Positions 50,529-64,000 of a stretch of 64,000 nucleotides of DNA are shown here, in pieces (positions within the stretch are counted from its first letter, which is position 1; each line of letters begins with the position of its first letter). The position numbers were made by a program, and so were the translations under genes. The stretch covers positions 930,001 to 994,000 of the forward strand of contig JAJCTO010000010.1 of NCBI GenBank assembly GCA_046563655.1, given 5' to 3'. Under the pieces are notes generated by a model. The model was not told the DNA's origin and did not search any database. It saw only the letters and a program-made list of their open reading frames with translations. Origin of the DNA: Yuukianura sp. NJ FZ-2021. Taxonomy: Eukaryota.

Positions 50529-53500
50529 TAGTTTATAGAAATTATCTCGCATAAAAATATTAAAGGAAAAAATGTCTGACGTATCGCCTTCTGATTCTTA
50601 TCCTGCGATATTCACCATAAACGCCAAGTTGAGGTATTAAAAGTATTATAAAGGATATTAAACGCCAAATGGCGTTTAATTGACCTGGTAAAACTTTATA
50701 TGCTGTTGAAGTCTCAGCTTTGCGTTGAAGGAAAATATCGCAAAATAGAAATGAGAAGGCGAGACGTCAGACATGCTTTCCTTTAATGCTTGTAAGCGAG
50801 ATAATTTGCAAAAATTATTTGTTGCTGATAAGCTGCCATTAATACGTTGCTATAAGTTTGAGTAAGCGCCACACGGCGTTTAACACCCCTGGTAACGTTT
50901 TCCATACCTCACCTTTGCGTTTAAGAAAAATATCGCAAAATAGGAATAAGAACGCTGCTAGTCAGAAGAGTTTTTATCAGTTTCCTTTAAGCGCCTTCTG
51001 ATTCCTATAATGCGACATTTTTTTTTAAATGCAAAGCAGAGGTAGGTAAAATGTTACCAGGGCGATTAAACGCCGTGTGGCGTTTACTCAAACTTAAAGC
51101 AACGTATGAGTGACAGCTTAGTAGCAACAAATAGTTTATAGAAATTATTTTGCATAAAAATATTAAAGGAAAACATGTCTGACGTATCGCTTTCTGATTC
51201 TTCTCCTGTGATATTCTCCTTAAACGCCAAGTTGAGGTATTAAAGGTATTACCAAGGATATTAAACGCCAAATGGCGTTTAATTGACATGGTAAAACTTT
51301 ATATGCTGTTGAAGTCTCAGCTTTGCGTTGAAGGAAATTATCGCAAAATAGAAATGAGAAGGCGAGACGTCAGACATGCTTTCCTTTAATGCTTGTAAGC
51401 GAGATAATTTGCAAAAATTATTTGTTGCTGATAAGCTGCCATTAATACGTTGCTATAAGTTTGAGTAAGCGCCACACGGCGTTTAACACCCCTGGTAACG
51501 TTTTCCATACCTCACCTTTGCGTTTAAGAAAAATATCGCAAAATAGGAATAAGAACGCTGCTAGTCAGAAGAGTTTTTATCAGTTTCCTTTAAGCGCCTT
51601 CTGATTCCTATAATGCGACAATTTTTTAAATGCAAAGCAGAGGTAGGTAAAATGTTACCAGTCCGATTAAACGCCGTGTGGCGTTTACTCAAGCTTAAAG
51701 CAACGTATGAGTGACAGCTTAGTAGCAACAAATAGTTTATAGAAATTATTTCGCATAAAAATATTAAAGGAAAACATGTCTGACGTAGCGCTTTCTGATT
51801 CTTCTCCTGCGATATTCTCTTAAACGCCAAGTTGAGGTATTAAAAGTATTACCAAGGATATTAAACGCCAAATGGCGTTTAATTGACCTGGTAAAACTTT
51901 ATATGCTGTTGAAGTCTCAGCTTTGCGTTGAAGGAAAATATCGCAAAATAGAAATGAGAAGGAGAGACGTCAGACATGCTTTCCCTTAATGCTTGTATGC
52001 GAGATAATTTGCAAAAACTATTTGTTGCTGATAAGCTGTCATTGATACGTTGCTATAAGTTTGAGAAAGCGCCACACGGCGTTTAATCCCCCTGGTAACA
52101 TTTTATATACCTCAGCTTTGCGTTTAAGATAAATATCGCAGAATTGGAATAAGAAGGCTGCTATTCAGAAGAGTTTTTATCAGTGTTCTTTGAGCGCCTT
52201 CTGATTCCTATAATGCGACATTTATCTTAAACGCAAAGCTGAGGTATATAAAATGTTACCAGGGGGATTAAACGCCGTGTGGCGCTTTCTCAAACTTATA
52301 GCAACGTAGCAATGACAGCTTAGTAGCAACAAATAGTTTATAGAAATTATCTCGCATAAAAATATTAAAGGAAAACATGTCTGACGTACCGCCTTCTGAT
52401 TCTTATCCTGCGATATTCACCATAAACGCCAAGTTGAGGTATTAAAAGTATTACCAAGGATATTAAACGCCAAATGGCGTTTAATTGACCTGGTAAAACT
52501 TTATATGCTGTTGAAATCTCAGCTTTGCGTTGAAGGAAATTATCGCAAAATAGAAATGAGAAGGCGAGACGTCAGACATGCTTTCCTTTAATGCTTGTAA
52601 GCGAGATAATTTGCAAAAATCATTTGTTGCTGATAAGCTGTCATTGATACGTTGCTATAAGTTTGAGCAAGCGCCACACGGCGTTTAACACCCCTGGTAA
52701 CGTTTTCCATACCTCACCTTTGCGTTTAAGAAAAATATCGCAAAATAGGAATAAGAACGCTGCTAGTCAGAAGAGTTTTTATCAGTTTTCTTTAAGCGCC
52801 TTCTGATTCCTATAATGCGACATTTTTTTAAATGCAAAGCAGAGGTAGGTAAAATGTTATCAGGGCGATTAAACGCCGTGTGGCGTTTCCTCAAACTTAT
52901 AGCAACGTATTAGTTACAGCTTAGTAGCAACAAATAGTTTATAGAAATTATCTCGCATAAAAATGTTAAAGGAAAAAATGTCTGACGTATCGCCTTCTGA
53001 TTCTTATCCTGCGATATTCACCATAAACGCCAAGTTGAGGTATTAAAAGTATTACCAAGGATATTAAACGCCAAATGGCGTTTAATTGACCTGGTAAAAG
53101 TTTATATGCTGTTGAAATCTCAGCTTTGCGTTGAAGGAAATTATCGCAAAATAGAAATGAGAAGGCGAGACGTCAGACATGCTTTCCTTTAATGCTTGTA
53201 AGCGAGATAATTTGCAAAAATCATTTGTTGCTGATAAGCTGTCATTGATACGTTGCTATAAGTTTGAGTAAGCGCCACACGGCGTTTAACACCCCTGGTA
53301 ACGTTTTCCATACCTCACCTTTGCGTTTAAGAAAAATATCGCAAAATAGGAATAAGAACGCTGCTAGTCAGAAGAGTTTTTATCAGTTTCCTTTAAGCGC
53401 CTTCTGATTCCTATAATGCGACAATTTTTTAAATGCAAAGCAGAGGTAGGTAAAATGTTACCAGTCCGATTAAACGCCGTGTGGCGTTTACTCAAGCTTA

Positions 53501-54137
53501 AAGCAACGTATGAGTGACAGCTTAGTAGCAACAAATAGTTTATAGAAATTATTTCGCATAAAAATATTAAAGGAAAACATGTCTGACGTACCGCCTTCTG
53601 ATTCTTCTCCTGCGATATTCTCCTTAAACGCCAAGTTGAGGTATTAAAAGTATTACCAAGGATATTAAACGCCAAATGGCGTTTAATTGACCTGGTAAAA
53701 CTTTATATGCTGTTGAAGTCTCAGCTTTGCGTTGAAGGAAAATATCGCAAAATAGAAATGAGAAGGCGAGACGTCAGACATGCTTTCCTTTAATGCTTGT
53801 AAGCGAGATAATTTGCAAAAATTATTTGTTGCAGATAAGCTGTCATTAATACGTTGCTATAAGTTTGAGCAAGCGCCACACGGCGTTTAACACCCCTGGT
53901 AACGTTTTCCATACCTCAGCTTTGCGTTTAAGAAAAATATGGCAAAATAGGAATAAGAACGCTGCTAGTCAGAAGAGTTTTTATCAGTGTTCTTTGAGCG
54001 CCTTCTGATTCCTATAATGCGACATTTTTTTTAAATGCAAAGCAGAGGTAGGTAAAATGTCACCAGGGCGATTAAACGCCGTGTGGCGCTTCCTCAAACT
54101 TATAGCAACGTATTAGTTACAGCTTAGTAGCAACAAA

Positions 54138-55023
54138 TCTACTTATATAAAATCGAGACCCTGTTTATCTGTGTGTTTGTCCTGCTACTCCTCCGAAACT
54201 ACTGAACCGATTTGGACAAATGAGGTGTCCTTTTCTTCGTGAGGTCATCCCGAAGAGCGTAGGCTATGTCACATCTTGACCTGTGACCTTTGACCCTTGA
54301 CCTAGCGCGATGACCTCACAAAATCATACCAAACACAGGCAAGTGACATATCGTTCGAAAGCAGAGGTCAAATGCAGTCGATTGATGTATGACACATTGA
54401 CATGTGACCTTTGACCCTTGACCCAGAGCGGTGACCTCTCACAGAATTAAACCAAATACAGGCAAGTGACATGTCATTATAAAGCAGAGGTCAAATGCAG
54501 TCGATTGACGTATGAAATATTGACCTATGACCTTTGACCATTGACCCGGAGCGATGAACCCTCATAGAAAAACCAAACACAGGCAAGTGACATGTCACTC
54601 GAAAGCAGATGTCAAATGCTGATGATTGATGTATGAAATATTTATCTGTGGCTTTTAATCTTTGATCTATGGCAGTGACCCCATAAGAAGTACACACAAA
54701 CATAGGCCGGTGATATATCATTCGAAAGAGGCGGTCAAATAGACTCGGTTAACGTATGGCGCGTTAATTTTGTGTAGCACCAAACAGAGTTAAGTAACAC
54801 AGTTTTATTTGTTGTCTCTAATGTTAAACATTAATTGGATGGAGGGGTAGTTTTCCGCCTGGACAAAGGGTAGGGTAGGATATTTTCATAAAAATAATCC
54901 AAGCGGGTCAGTATGTATCTCAAATGAGTAGCGGGTTCCCAAAACTGATACGTTTTTCTATGTGTGTTCGTATAAACTACCACAAAAGCTAGCCCCGCTT
55001 TCACAAGAGGGTATCATACCTTG
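54138..55023 (+). mobile_element. Non-autonomous Helitron-like element, copy 2 (886 bp)
   Basis: Near-identical to copy 1 and at the same monomer position; one substitution in the hairpin. Confidence 0.82.
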
Positions 55024-56181
55024 TAGTTTATAGAAATTATCTCGCATAAAAATATTAAAGGAAAAAATGTGTGACGTATCGCCTTCTGATTCTTATCCTG
55101 CGATATTCACCATAAACGCCAAGTTGAGGTATTAAAAGTATTATAAAGGATATTAAACGCCAAATGGCGTTTAATTGACCTGGTAAAACTTTATATGCTG
55201 TTGAAGTCTCAGCTTTGCGTTGAAGGAAAATATCGCAAAATAGAAATGAGAAGGCGAGACGTCAGACATGCTTTCCTTTAATGCTTGTAAGCGAGATAAT
55301 TTGCAAAAATTATTTGTTGCTGATAAGCTGCCATTAATACGTTGCTATAAGTTTGAGTAAGCGCCACACGGCGTTTAACACCTCTGGTAACGTTTTCCGT
55401 ATCTCAGCTTTGCGTTTAAGAAAAATATCGCAAAATAGGAATAAGAACGCTGCTAGTCAGAAGAGTTTTTATCAGTTTTCTTTGAGCGCCTTCTGATTCC
55501 TATAATGCGACATTTTTTTTAAATGCAAAGCAGAGGTAGGTAAAATGTTACCAGGGCGATTAAACGCCGTGTGGCGTTTCCTCAAACTTATAGCAACGTA
55601 TTAGTTACAGCTTAGTAGCAACAAATAGGTTATAGAAATTATCTCGCATAAAAATATTAAAGGAAAAAATGTCTGCCGTATCGCCTTCTGATTCTTCTCC
55701 TGCGATATTCACCTTAAACGCCAAGTTGAGGTATTAAAAGTATTACCAAGGATTTTAAACGCCAAATGGCGTTTAATTGACCTGGTAAAACTTTATATGC
55801 TGTTGAAGTCTCAGCTTTGCGTTGAAGGAAAATATCGCAAAATAGAAATGAGAAGGCGAGACGTCAGACATGCTTTCCTTTAATGCTTGTAAGCGAGATA
55901 AGTAGTAGGTAGGTAGGACGGACTTTCACGTCAAATCGACCTTTGGACCCATAAGGTTTTAAACCCACTGACGTGAGATCCTACAAGTCAGATTAATTAA
56001 GACTAATTAACACTTCCTGTGACTAAGCTTAACATTAATTAAGACCAATCTGAATACCGCGACCAGGACGGTTAAAAGGAGACGATGAAGTCTAAATAGT
56101 CAGTTACTTTGTCAGCTTCACAGCATCATGGCCATATTTTTCGATTTAAGGGCAAGCCGGTTTCCTGTCTACCATTTCTTG

Positions 56182-56281
56182 NNNNNNNNNNNNNNNNNNN
56201 NNNNNNNNNNNNNNNNNNNNNNNNNNNNNNNNNNNNNNNNNNNNNNNNNNNNNNNNNNNNNNNNNNNNNNNNNNNNNNNNN
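56182..56281. other. Assembly gap (100 N)
   Basis: Run of N. Confidence 1.
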
Positions 56282-59200
56282 TATTTCCTACCGACTAGCA
56301 CATTAAATACATCATGTCTGAAAACTTCTGCCCAACAATAGTCTGAAATTGTTATTTAGCACAACTCCACCATACAACAAGTGCATAAGTCTAACTACGA
56401 TTTAGGTTTAACTTAGGGTTGACACTATACAACAAGGTGTTAAACGTTCTGAAAAATGGAATTTATGCCTTGTTACCGCTCATACCAAAATTCTTGGTAT
56501 TCATCAAATAACGGTCCACTTCGTCGTAGTGCATAACTGACTAAATCACACGTTGAAAAACATGTCAGCCTCCATCTTTGAGCTTAAACTAGAAGTGCCG
56601 GTGAAGTGTCAAGCATGCCTTCACTTCAGATGCAAACCATGCGTTCTCACTTTGACACCATGAATCATGATAACTCACACGTCGATGGAACTTCAGGGAA
56701 AAACCGACTATTACATTTTCTAAATCAAAGTTGAACATTCAGCATTTTTGGGCATTTTTGGATAAAATTTTTGGAAAATACTTTTTTATATTTCCTACCG
56801 ACTAGCACATTAAATACATCATGTCTGAAAACTTCTGCCCAACAATAGTCTGAAATTGTTATTTAGCACAACTCCACCATACAACAAGTGCATAAGTCTA
56901 ACTACGATTTAGGTTTAACTTAGGGTTGACACTATACAACAAGGTGTTAAACGTTCTGAAAAATGGAATTTATGCCTTGTTACCGCTCATTCCAAAATTC
57001 TTGGTATTCATCAAATAACGGTCCACTTCGTCGTAGTGCATAACTGACTAAATCACACGTTGAAAAACATGTCAGCCTCCATCTTTGAGCTTAAACTAGA
57101 AGTGCCGGTGAAGTGTCAAGCATGCCTTCACTTCAGATGCAAACCATGCGTTCTCACTTTGACACCATGAATCATGATAACTCACACGTCGATGGAACTT
57201 CAGGGAAAAACCGACTATTACATTTTCTAAATCAAAATTGAACATTCAGCATTTTTGGCCATTTCTGAATAGAAATTTTGGAAAATACTTTTTTATATTT
57301 CCTACCGACTTGCACATTAAATAGATCATGTCTGAAAACTTCTGCCCAACAATAGTCCGAAATTGTATTTTAGCACAGCATCACCATACCACAAGTGCAT
57401 AAGTCTAACTACGATTTAGGTTTAACTTAGGGTTGAAACTTTACAACAAGGTGTTAAACGTTCTGAAAAATGGAATTTATGCCTTGTTACCGCTCATACC
57501 AAAATTCTTGGTATTCATCAAATAACGGTCCACTCCGTCGTAGTGCATAACTGACTAAATCACACGTTGAAAAACATGTCAGCCTCCATCTTTGAGCTTA
57601 AACTAGAAGTGCCGGTGAAGTGTCAAGCATGCCTTCACTTCAGATGCAAACCATGCGTTCTCACTTTGACACCATGAATCATGATAACTCACACGTCGAT
57701 GGAACTTCAGGGAAAAACCGACTATTACATTTTCTAAATCAAAGTTGAACATTCAGCATTTTTGGCCATTTTTGGATAAAATTTTTGGAAAATACTTTTT
57801 TATATTTCCTACCGACTAGCACATTAAATACATCATGTCTGAAAACTTCTGCCCAACAATAGTCTGAAATTGTTATTTAGCACAACTCCACCATACAACA
57901 AGTGCATAAGTCTAACTACGATTTAGGTTTAACTTAGGGTTGACACTATACAACAAGGTGTTAAACGTTCTGAAAAATGGAATTTATGCCTTGTTACCGC
58001 TCATACCAAAATTCTTGGTATTCATCAAATAACGGTCCACTTCGTCGTAGTGCACAACTGACTAAATCACACGTTGAAAAACATGTCAGCCTCCATCTTT
58101 GAGCTTAAACTAGAAGTGCCGGTGAAGTGTCAAGCATGCCTTCACTTCAGATGCAAACCATGCGTTCTCACTTTGACACCATGAATCATGATAACTCACA
58201 CGTCGATGGAACTTCAGGGAAAAACCGACTATTACATTTTCTAAATCAAAATTGAACATTCAGCATTTTTGGCCATTTCTGAATAGAAATTTTGGAAAAT
58301 ACTTTTTTATATTTCCTACCGACTTGCACATTAAATAGATCATGTCTGAAAACTTCTGCCCAACAATAGTCCGAAATTGTATTTTAGCACAGCATCACCA
58401 TACCACAAGTGCATAAGTCTAACTACGATTTAGGTTTAACTTAGGGTTGAAACTTTACAACAAGGTGTTAAACGTTCTGAAAAATGGAATTTATGCCTTG
58501 TTACCGCTCATACCAAAATTCTTGGTATTCATCAAATAATGGTCCACTTCGTCGTAGTGCATAACTGACTAAATCACACGTTGAAAAACATGTTGTCAGA
58601 CTCCATCCTTGAGCTTAAACTAGAAGTGGCGGTGAAGTGTCAAGCATGCCTTCACTTCACATGCAATCCATGAGTTCTCACTTTGACACCATGAATCATG
58701 ATAACTCACACGTCGATGGAACTTCAGGGAAAAACCGACTATTACATTTTCTAAATCAAAGTTGAACATTCAGCATTTTTGGTCATTTTTGGATAAAATT
58801 TTTGGAAAATACTTTTTATATTTCCTACCGACTAGCACATTAAATACATCATGTCTGAAAACTTCTGCCCAACAATAGTCTGAAATTGTTATTTAGCACA
58901 ACTCCACCATACAACAAGTGCATAAGTCTAACTACGATTTAGGTTTAACTTAGGGTTGACACTATACAACAAGGTGTTAAACGTTCTGAAAAATGGAATT
59001 TATGCCTTGTTACCGCTCATACCAAAATTCTTGGTATTCATCAAATAACGGTCCACTTCGTCGTAGTGCATAACTGACTAAATCACACGTTGAAAAACAT
59101 GTCAGCCTCCATCTTTGAGCTTAAACTAGAAGTGCCGGTGAAGTGTCAAGCATGCCTTCACTTCAGATGCAAACCATGCGTTCTCACTTTGACACCATGA

Positions 59201-62200
59201 ATCATGATAACTCACACGTCGATGGAACTTCAGCAGGAAAAACCGACTATTACATTTTCTAAATCAAAGTTGAACATTCAGCATTTTTGGGCATTTTTGG
59301 ATAAAATTTTTGGAAAATACTTTTTTATATTTCCTACCGACTAGCACATTAAATACATCATGTCTGAAAACTTCTGCCCAACAATAGTCTGAAATTGTTA
59401 TTTAGCACAACTCCACCATACAACAAGTGCATAAGTCTAACTACGATTTAGGTTTAACTTAGGGTTGACACTATACAACAAGGTGTTAAACGTTCTGAAA
59501 AATGGAATTTATGCCTTGTTACCGCTCATTCCAAAATTCTTGGTATTCATCAAATAACGGTCCACTTCGTCGTAGTGCATAACTGACTAAATCACACGTT
59601 GAAAAACATGTCAGCCTCCATCTTTGAGCTTAAACTAGAAGTGCCGGTGAAGTGTCAAGCATGCCTTCACTTCAGATGCAAACCATGCGTTCTCACTTTG
59701 ACACCATGAATCATGATAACTCACACGTCGATGGAACTTCAGGGAAAAACCGACTATTACATTTTCTAAATCAAAATTGAACATTCAGCATTTTTGGCCA
59801 TTTCTGAATAGAAATTTTGGAAAATACTTTTTTATATTTCCTACCGACTTGCACATTAAATAGATCATGTCTGAAAACTTCTGCCCAACAATAGTCCGAA
59901 ATTGTATTTTAGCACAGCATCACCATACCACAAGTGCATAAGTCTAACTACGATTTAGGTTTAACTTAGGGTTGAAACTTTACAACAAGGTGTTAAACGT
60001 TCTGAAAAATGGAATTTATGCCTTGTTACCGCTCATACCAAAATTCTTGGTATTCATCAAATAACGGTCCACTCCGTCGTAGTGCATAACTGACTAAATC
60101 ACACGTTGAAAAACATGTCAGCCTCCATCTTTGAGCTTAAACTAGAAGTGCCGGTGAAGTGTCAAGCATGCCTTCACTTCAGATGCAAACCATGCGTTCT
60201 CACTTTGACACCATGAATCATGATAACTCACACGTCGATGGAACTTCAGGGAAAAACCGACTATTACATTTTCTAAATCAAAGTTGAACATTCAGCATTT
60301 TTGGCCATTTTTGGATAAAATTTTTGGAAAATACTTTTTTATATTTCCTACCGACTAGCACATTAAATACATCATGTCTGAAAACTTCTGCCCAACAATA
60401 GTCTGAAATTGTTATTTAGCACAACTCCACCATACAACAAGTGCATAAGTCTAACTACGATTTAGGTTTAACTTAGGGTTGACACTATACAACAAGGTGT
60501 TAAACGTTCTGAAAAATGGAATTTATGCCTTGTTACCGCTCATACCAAAATTCTTGGTATTCATCAAATAACGGTCCACTTCGTCGTAGTGCACAACTGA
60601 CTAAATCACACGTTGAAAAACATGTCAGCCTCCATCTTTGAGCTTAAACTAGAAGTGCCGGTGAAGTGTCAAGCATGCCTTCACTTCAGATGCAAACCAT
60701 GCGTTCTCACTTTGACACCATGAATCATGATAACTCACACGTCGATGGAACTTCAGGGAAAAACCGACTATTACATTTTCTAAATCAAAATTGAACATTC
60801 AGCATTTTTGGCCATTTCTGAATAGAAATTTTGGAAAATACTTTTTATATTTCCTACCGACTTGCACATTAAATAGATCATGTCTGAAAACTTCTGCCCA
60901 ACAATAGTCCGAAATTGTATTTTAGCACAGCATCACCATACCACAAGTGCATAAGTCTAACTACGATTTAGGTTTAACTTAGGGTTGAAACTTTACAACA
61001 AGGTGTTAAACGTTCTGAAAAATGGAATTTATGCCTTGTTACCGCTCATACCAAAATTCTTGGTATTCATCAAATAACGGTCCACTCCGTCGTAGTGCAT
61101 AACTGACTAAATCACACGTTGAAAAACATGTCAGCCTCCATCTTTGAGCTTAAACTAGAAGTGCCGGTGAAGTGTCAAGCATGCCTTCACTTCAGATGCA
61201 AACCATGCGTTCTCACTTTGACACCATGAATCATGATAACTCACACGTCGATGGAACTTCAGGGAAAAACCGACTATTACATTTTCTAAATCAAAGTTGA
61301 ACATTCAGCATTTTTGGCCATTTTTGGATAAAATTTTTGGAAAATACTTTTTTATATTTCCTACCGACTAGCACATTAAATACATCATGTCTGAAAACTT
61401 CTGCCCAACAATAGTCTGAAATTGTTATTTAGCACAACTCCACCATACAACAAGTGCATAAGTCTAACTACGATTTAGGTTTAACTTAGGGTTGACACTA
61501 TACAACAAGGTGTTAAACGTTCTGAAAAATGGAATTTATGCCTTGTTACCGCTCATACCAAAATTCTTGGTATTCATCAAATAACGGTCCACTTCGTCGT
61601 AGTGCACAACTGACTAAATCACACGTTGAAAAACATGTCAGCCTCCATCTTTGAGCTTAAACTAGAAGTGCCGGTGAAGTGTCAAGCATGCCTTCACTTC
61701 AGATGCAAACCATGCGTTCTCACTTTGACACCATGAATCATGATAACTCACACGTCGATGGAACTTCAGGGAAAAACCGACTATTACATTTTCTAAATCA
61801 AAATTGAACATTCAGCATTTTTGGCCATTTCTGAATAGAAATTTTGGAAAATACTTTTTTATATTTCCTACCGACTTGCACATTAAATAGATCATGTCTG
61901 AAAACTTCTGCCCAACAATAGTCCGAAATTGTATTTTAGCACAGCATCACCATACCACAAGTGCATAAGTCTAACTACGATTTAGGTTTAACTTAGGGTT
62001 GAAACTTTACAACAAGGTGTTAAACGTTCTGAAAAATGGAATTTATGCCTTGTTACCGCTCATACCAAAATTCTTGGTATTCATCAAATAACGGTCCACT
62101 CCGTCGTAGTGCATAACTGACTAAATCACACGTTGAAAAACATGTCAGCCTCCATCTTTGAGCTTAAACTAGAAGTGCCGGTGAAGTGTCAAGCATGCCT

Positions 62201-64000
62201 TCACTTCAGATGCAAACCATGCGTTCTCACTTTGACACCATGAATCATGATAACTCACACGTCGATGGAACTTCAGGGAAAAACCGACTATTACATTTTC
62301 TAAATCAAAGTTGAACATTCAGCATTTTTGGCCATTTTTGGATAAAATTTTTGGAAAATACTTTTTTATATTTCCTACCGACTAGCACATTAAATACATC
62401 ATGTCTGAAAACTTCTGCCCAACAATAGTCTGAAATTGTTATTTAGCACAACTCCACCATACAACAAGTGCATAAGTCTAACTACGATTTAGGTTTAACT
62501 TAGGGTTGACACTATACAACAAGGTGTTAAACGTTCTGAAAAATGGAATTTATGCCTTGTTACCGCTCATACCAAAATTCTTGGTATTCATCAAATAACG
62601 GTCCACTTCGTCGTAGTGCACAACTGACTAAATCACACGTTGAAAAACATGTCAGCCTCCATCTTTGAGCTTAAACTAGAAGTGCCGGTGAAGTGTCAAG
62701 CATGCCTTCACTTCAGATGCAAACCATGCGTTCTCACTTTGACACCATGAATCATGATAACTCACACGTCGATGGAACTTCAGGGAAAAACCGACTATTA
62801 CATTTTCTAAATCAAAATTGAACATTCAGCATTTTTGGCCATTTCTGAATAGAAATTTTGGAAAATACTTTTTTATATTTCCTACCGACTTGCACATTAA
62901 ATAGATCATGTCTGAAAACTTCTGCCCAACAATAGTCCGAAATTGTATTTTAGCACAGCATCACCATACCACAAGTGCATAAGTCTAACTACGATTTAGG
63001 TTTAACTTAGGGTTGAAACTTTACAACAAGGTGTTAAACGTTCTGAAAAATGGAATTTATGCCTTGTTACCGCTCATACCAAAATTCTTGGTATTCATCA
63101 AATAATGGTCCACTTCGTCGTAGTGCATAACTGACTAAATCACACGTTGAAAAACATGTTGTCAGACTCCATCCTTGAGCTTAAACTAGAAGTGGCGGTG
63201 AAGTGTCAAGCATGCCTTCACTTCACATGCAATCCATGAGTTCTCACTTTGACACCATGAATCATGATAACTCACACGTCGATGGAACTTCAGGGAAAAA
63301 CCGACTATTACATTTTCTAAATCAAAGTTGAACATTCAGCATTTTTGGCCATTTTTGGATAAAATTTTTGGAAAATACTTTTTTATATTTCCTACCGACT
63401 AGCACATTAAATACATCATGTCTGAAAACTTCTGCCCAACAATAGTCTGAAATTGTTATTTAGCACAACTCCACCATACAACAAGTGCATAAGTCTAACT
63501 ACGATTTAGGTTTAACTTAGGGTTGACACTATACAACAAGGTGCTAAACGTTCTGAAAAATGGAATTTATGCCTTGTTACCGCTCATACCAAAATTCTTG
63601 GTATTCATCAAATAACGGTCCACTTCGTCGTAGTGCATAACTGACTAAATCACACGTTGAAAAACATGTCAGCCTCCATCTTTGAGCTTAAACTAGAAGT
63701 GTCGGTGAAGTGTCAAGCATGCCTTCACTTCAGATGCAAACCATGCGTTCTCACTTTGACACCATGAATCATGATAACTCACACGTCGATGGAACTTCAG
63801 GGAAAAACCGACTATTACATTTTCTAAATCAAAGTTGAACATTCAGCATTTTTGGCCATTTTTGGATAAAATTTTTGGAAAATACTTTTTTATATTTCCT
63901 ACCGACTTGCACATTAAATAGATCATGTCTGAAAACTTCTGCCCAACAATAGTCCGAAATTGTATTTTAGCACAGCATCACCATACCACAAGTGCATAAG
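56282..64000. repeat. Satellite 2: 507-bp monomer, about 15 copies, A/B variants
   Basis: The marker TATTTCCTACCGAC recurs at 56282, 56789, 57296 and onward; monomers are nearly identical. Confidence 0.97.

Larger units (their letters stand above)
48236..55901. repeat. Satellite 1, block B (~600 bp monomers), interrupted by two Helitron copies
   Basis: Same monomer as block A, mostly the longer variant. Confidence 0.95.

Noticed and set aside
55902..56306. Unique sequence and an ORF beside the gap
   Set aside because: Too short to classify, and the ORF spans Ns.
36322..64000. Repeated small ORFs and CRISPR-like periodicity in the arrays
   Set aside because: These are long satellite monomers with no unique spacers or cas genes, in a eukaryotic context; the ORFs recur only because the repeat does.

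Overview
Eukaryotic DNA, probably arthropod, heterochromatic and almost entirely mobile elements and satellites. The left 25.7 kb reads as one giant minus-strand Ty3/Gypsy-type LTR element or endogenous virus. It begins with a 381-bp LTR (TGTGAC...GTCACA, 25316-25696), a tRNA-Tyr primer-binding site and a splice donor. Then come about 12.6 kb of cargo (an antisense 7-exon Cys/His-rich gene, an F-box gene, an F-box/LRR gene), gag, a -1 frameshift, pol, and a tandem array of at least four paralogous class III (herpes gB-like) envelope-type genes running off the left edge. Only the first of these is a full, membrane-anchored fusogen. From 26 to 33 kb lie two diverged copies of a three-gene cassette (degenerate F-box-like protein, pseudo-dUTPase, catalytically dead EXD1/Egalitarian-like exonuclease), separated by a plus-strand PPT and LTR. 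Next are a 3'-truncated LINE with a UGA-CUA ORF1/ORF2 junction, and a palindromic ~560-600 bp satellite carrying a BEL/Pao element and two copies of a non-autonomous Helitron. A 100-N gap and a 507-bp satellite with higher-order structure end the window. Family calls are by-eye motif recognition. Linking the LTR/PBS to gag-pol-env is inference, because the 3' LTR lies outside the window.
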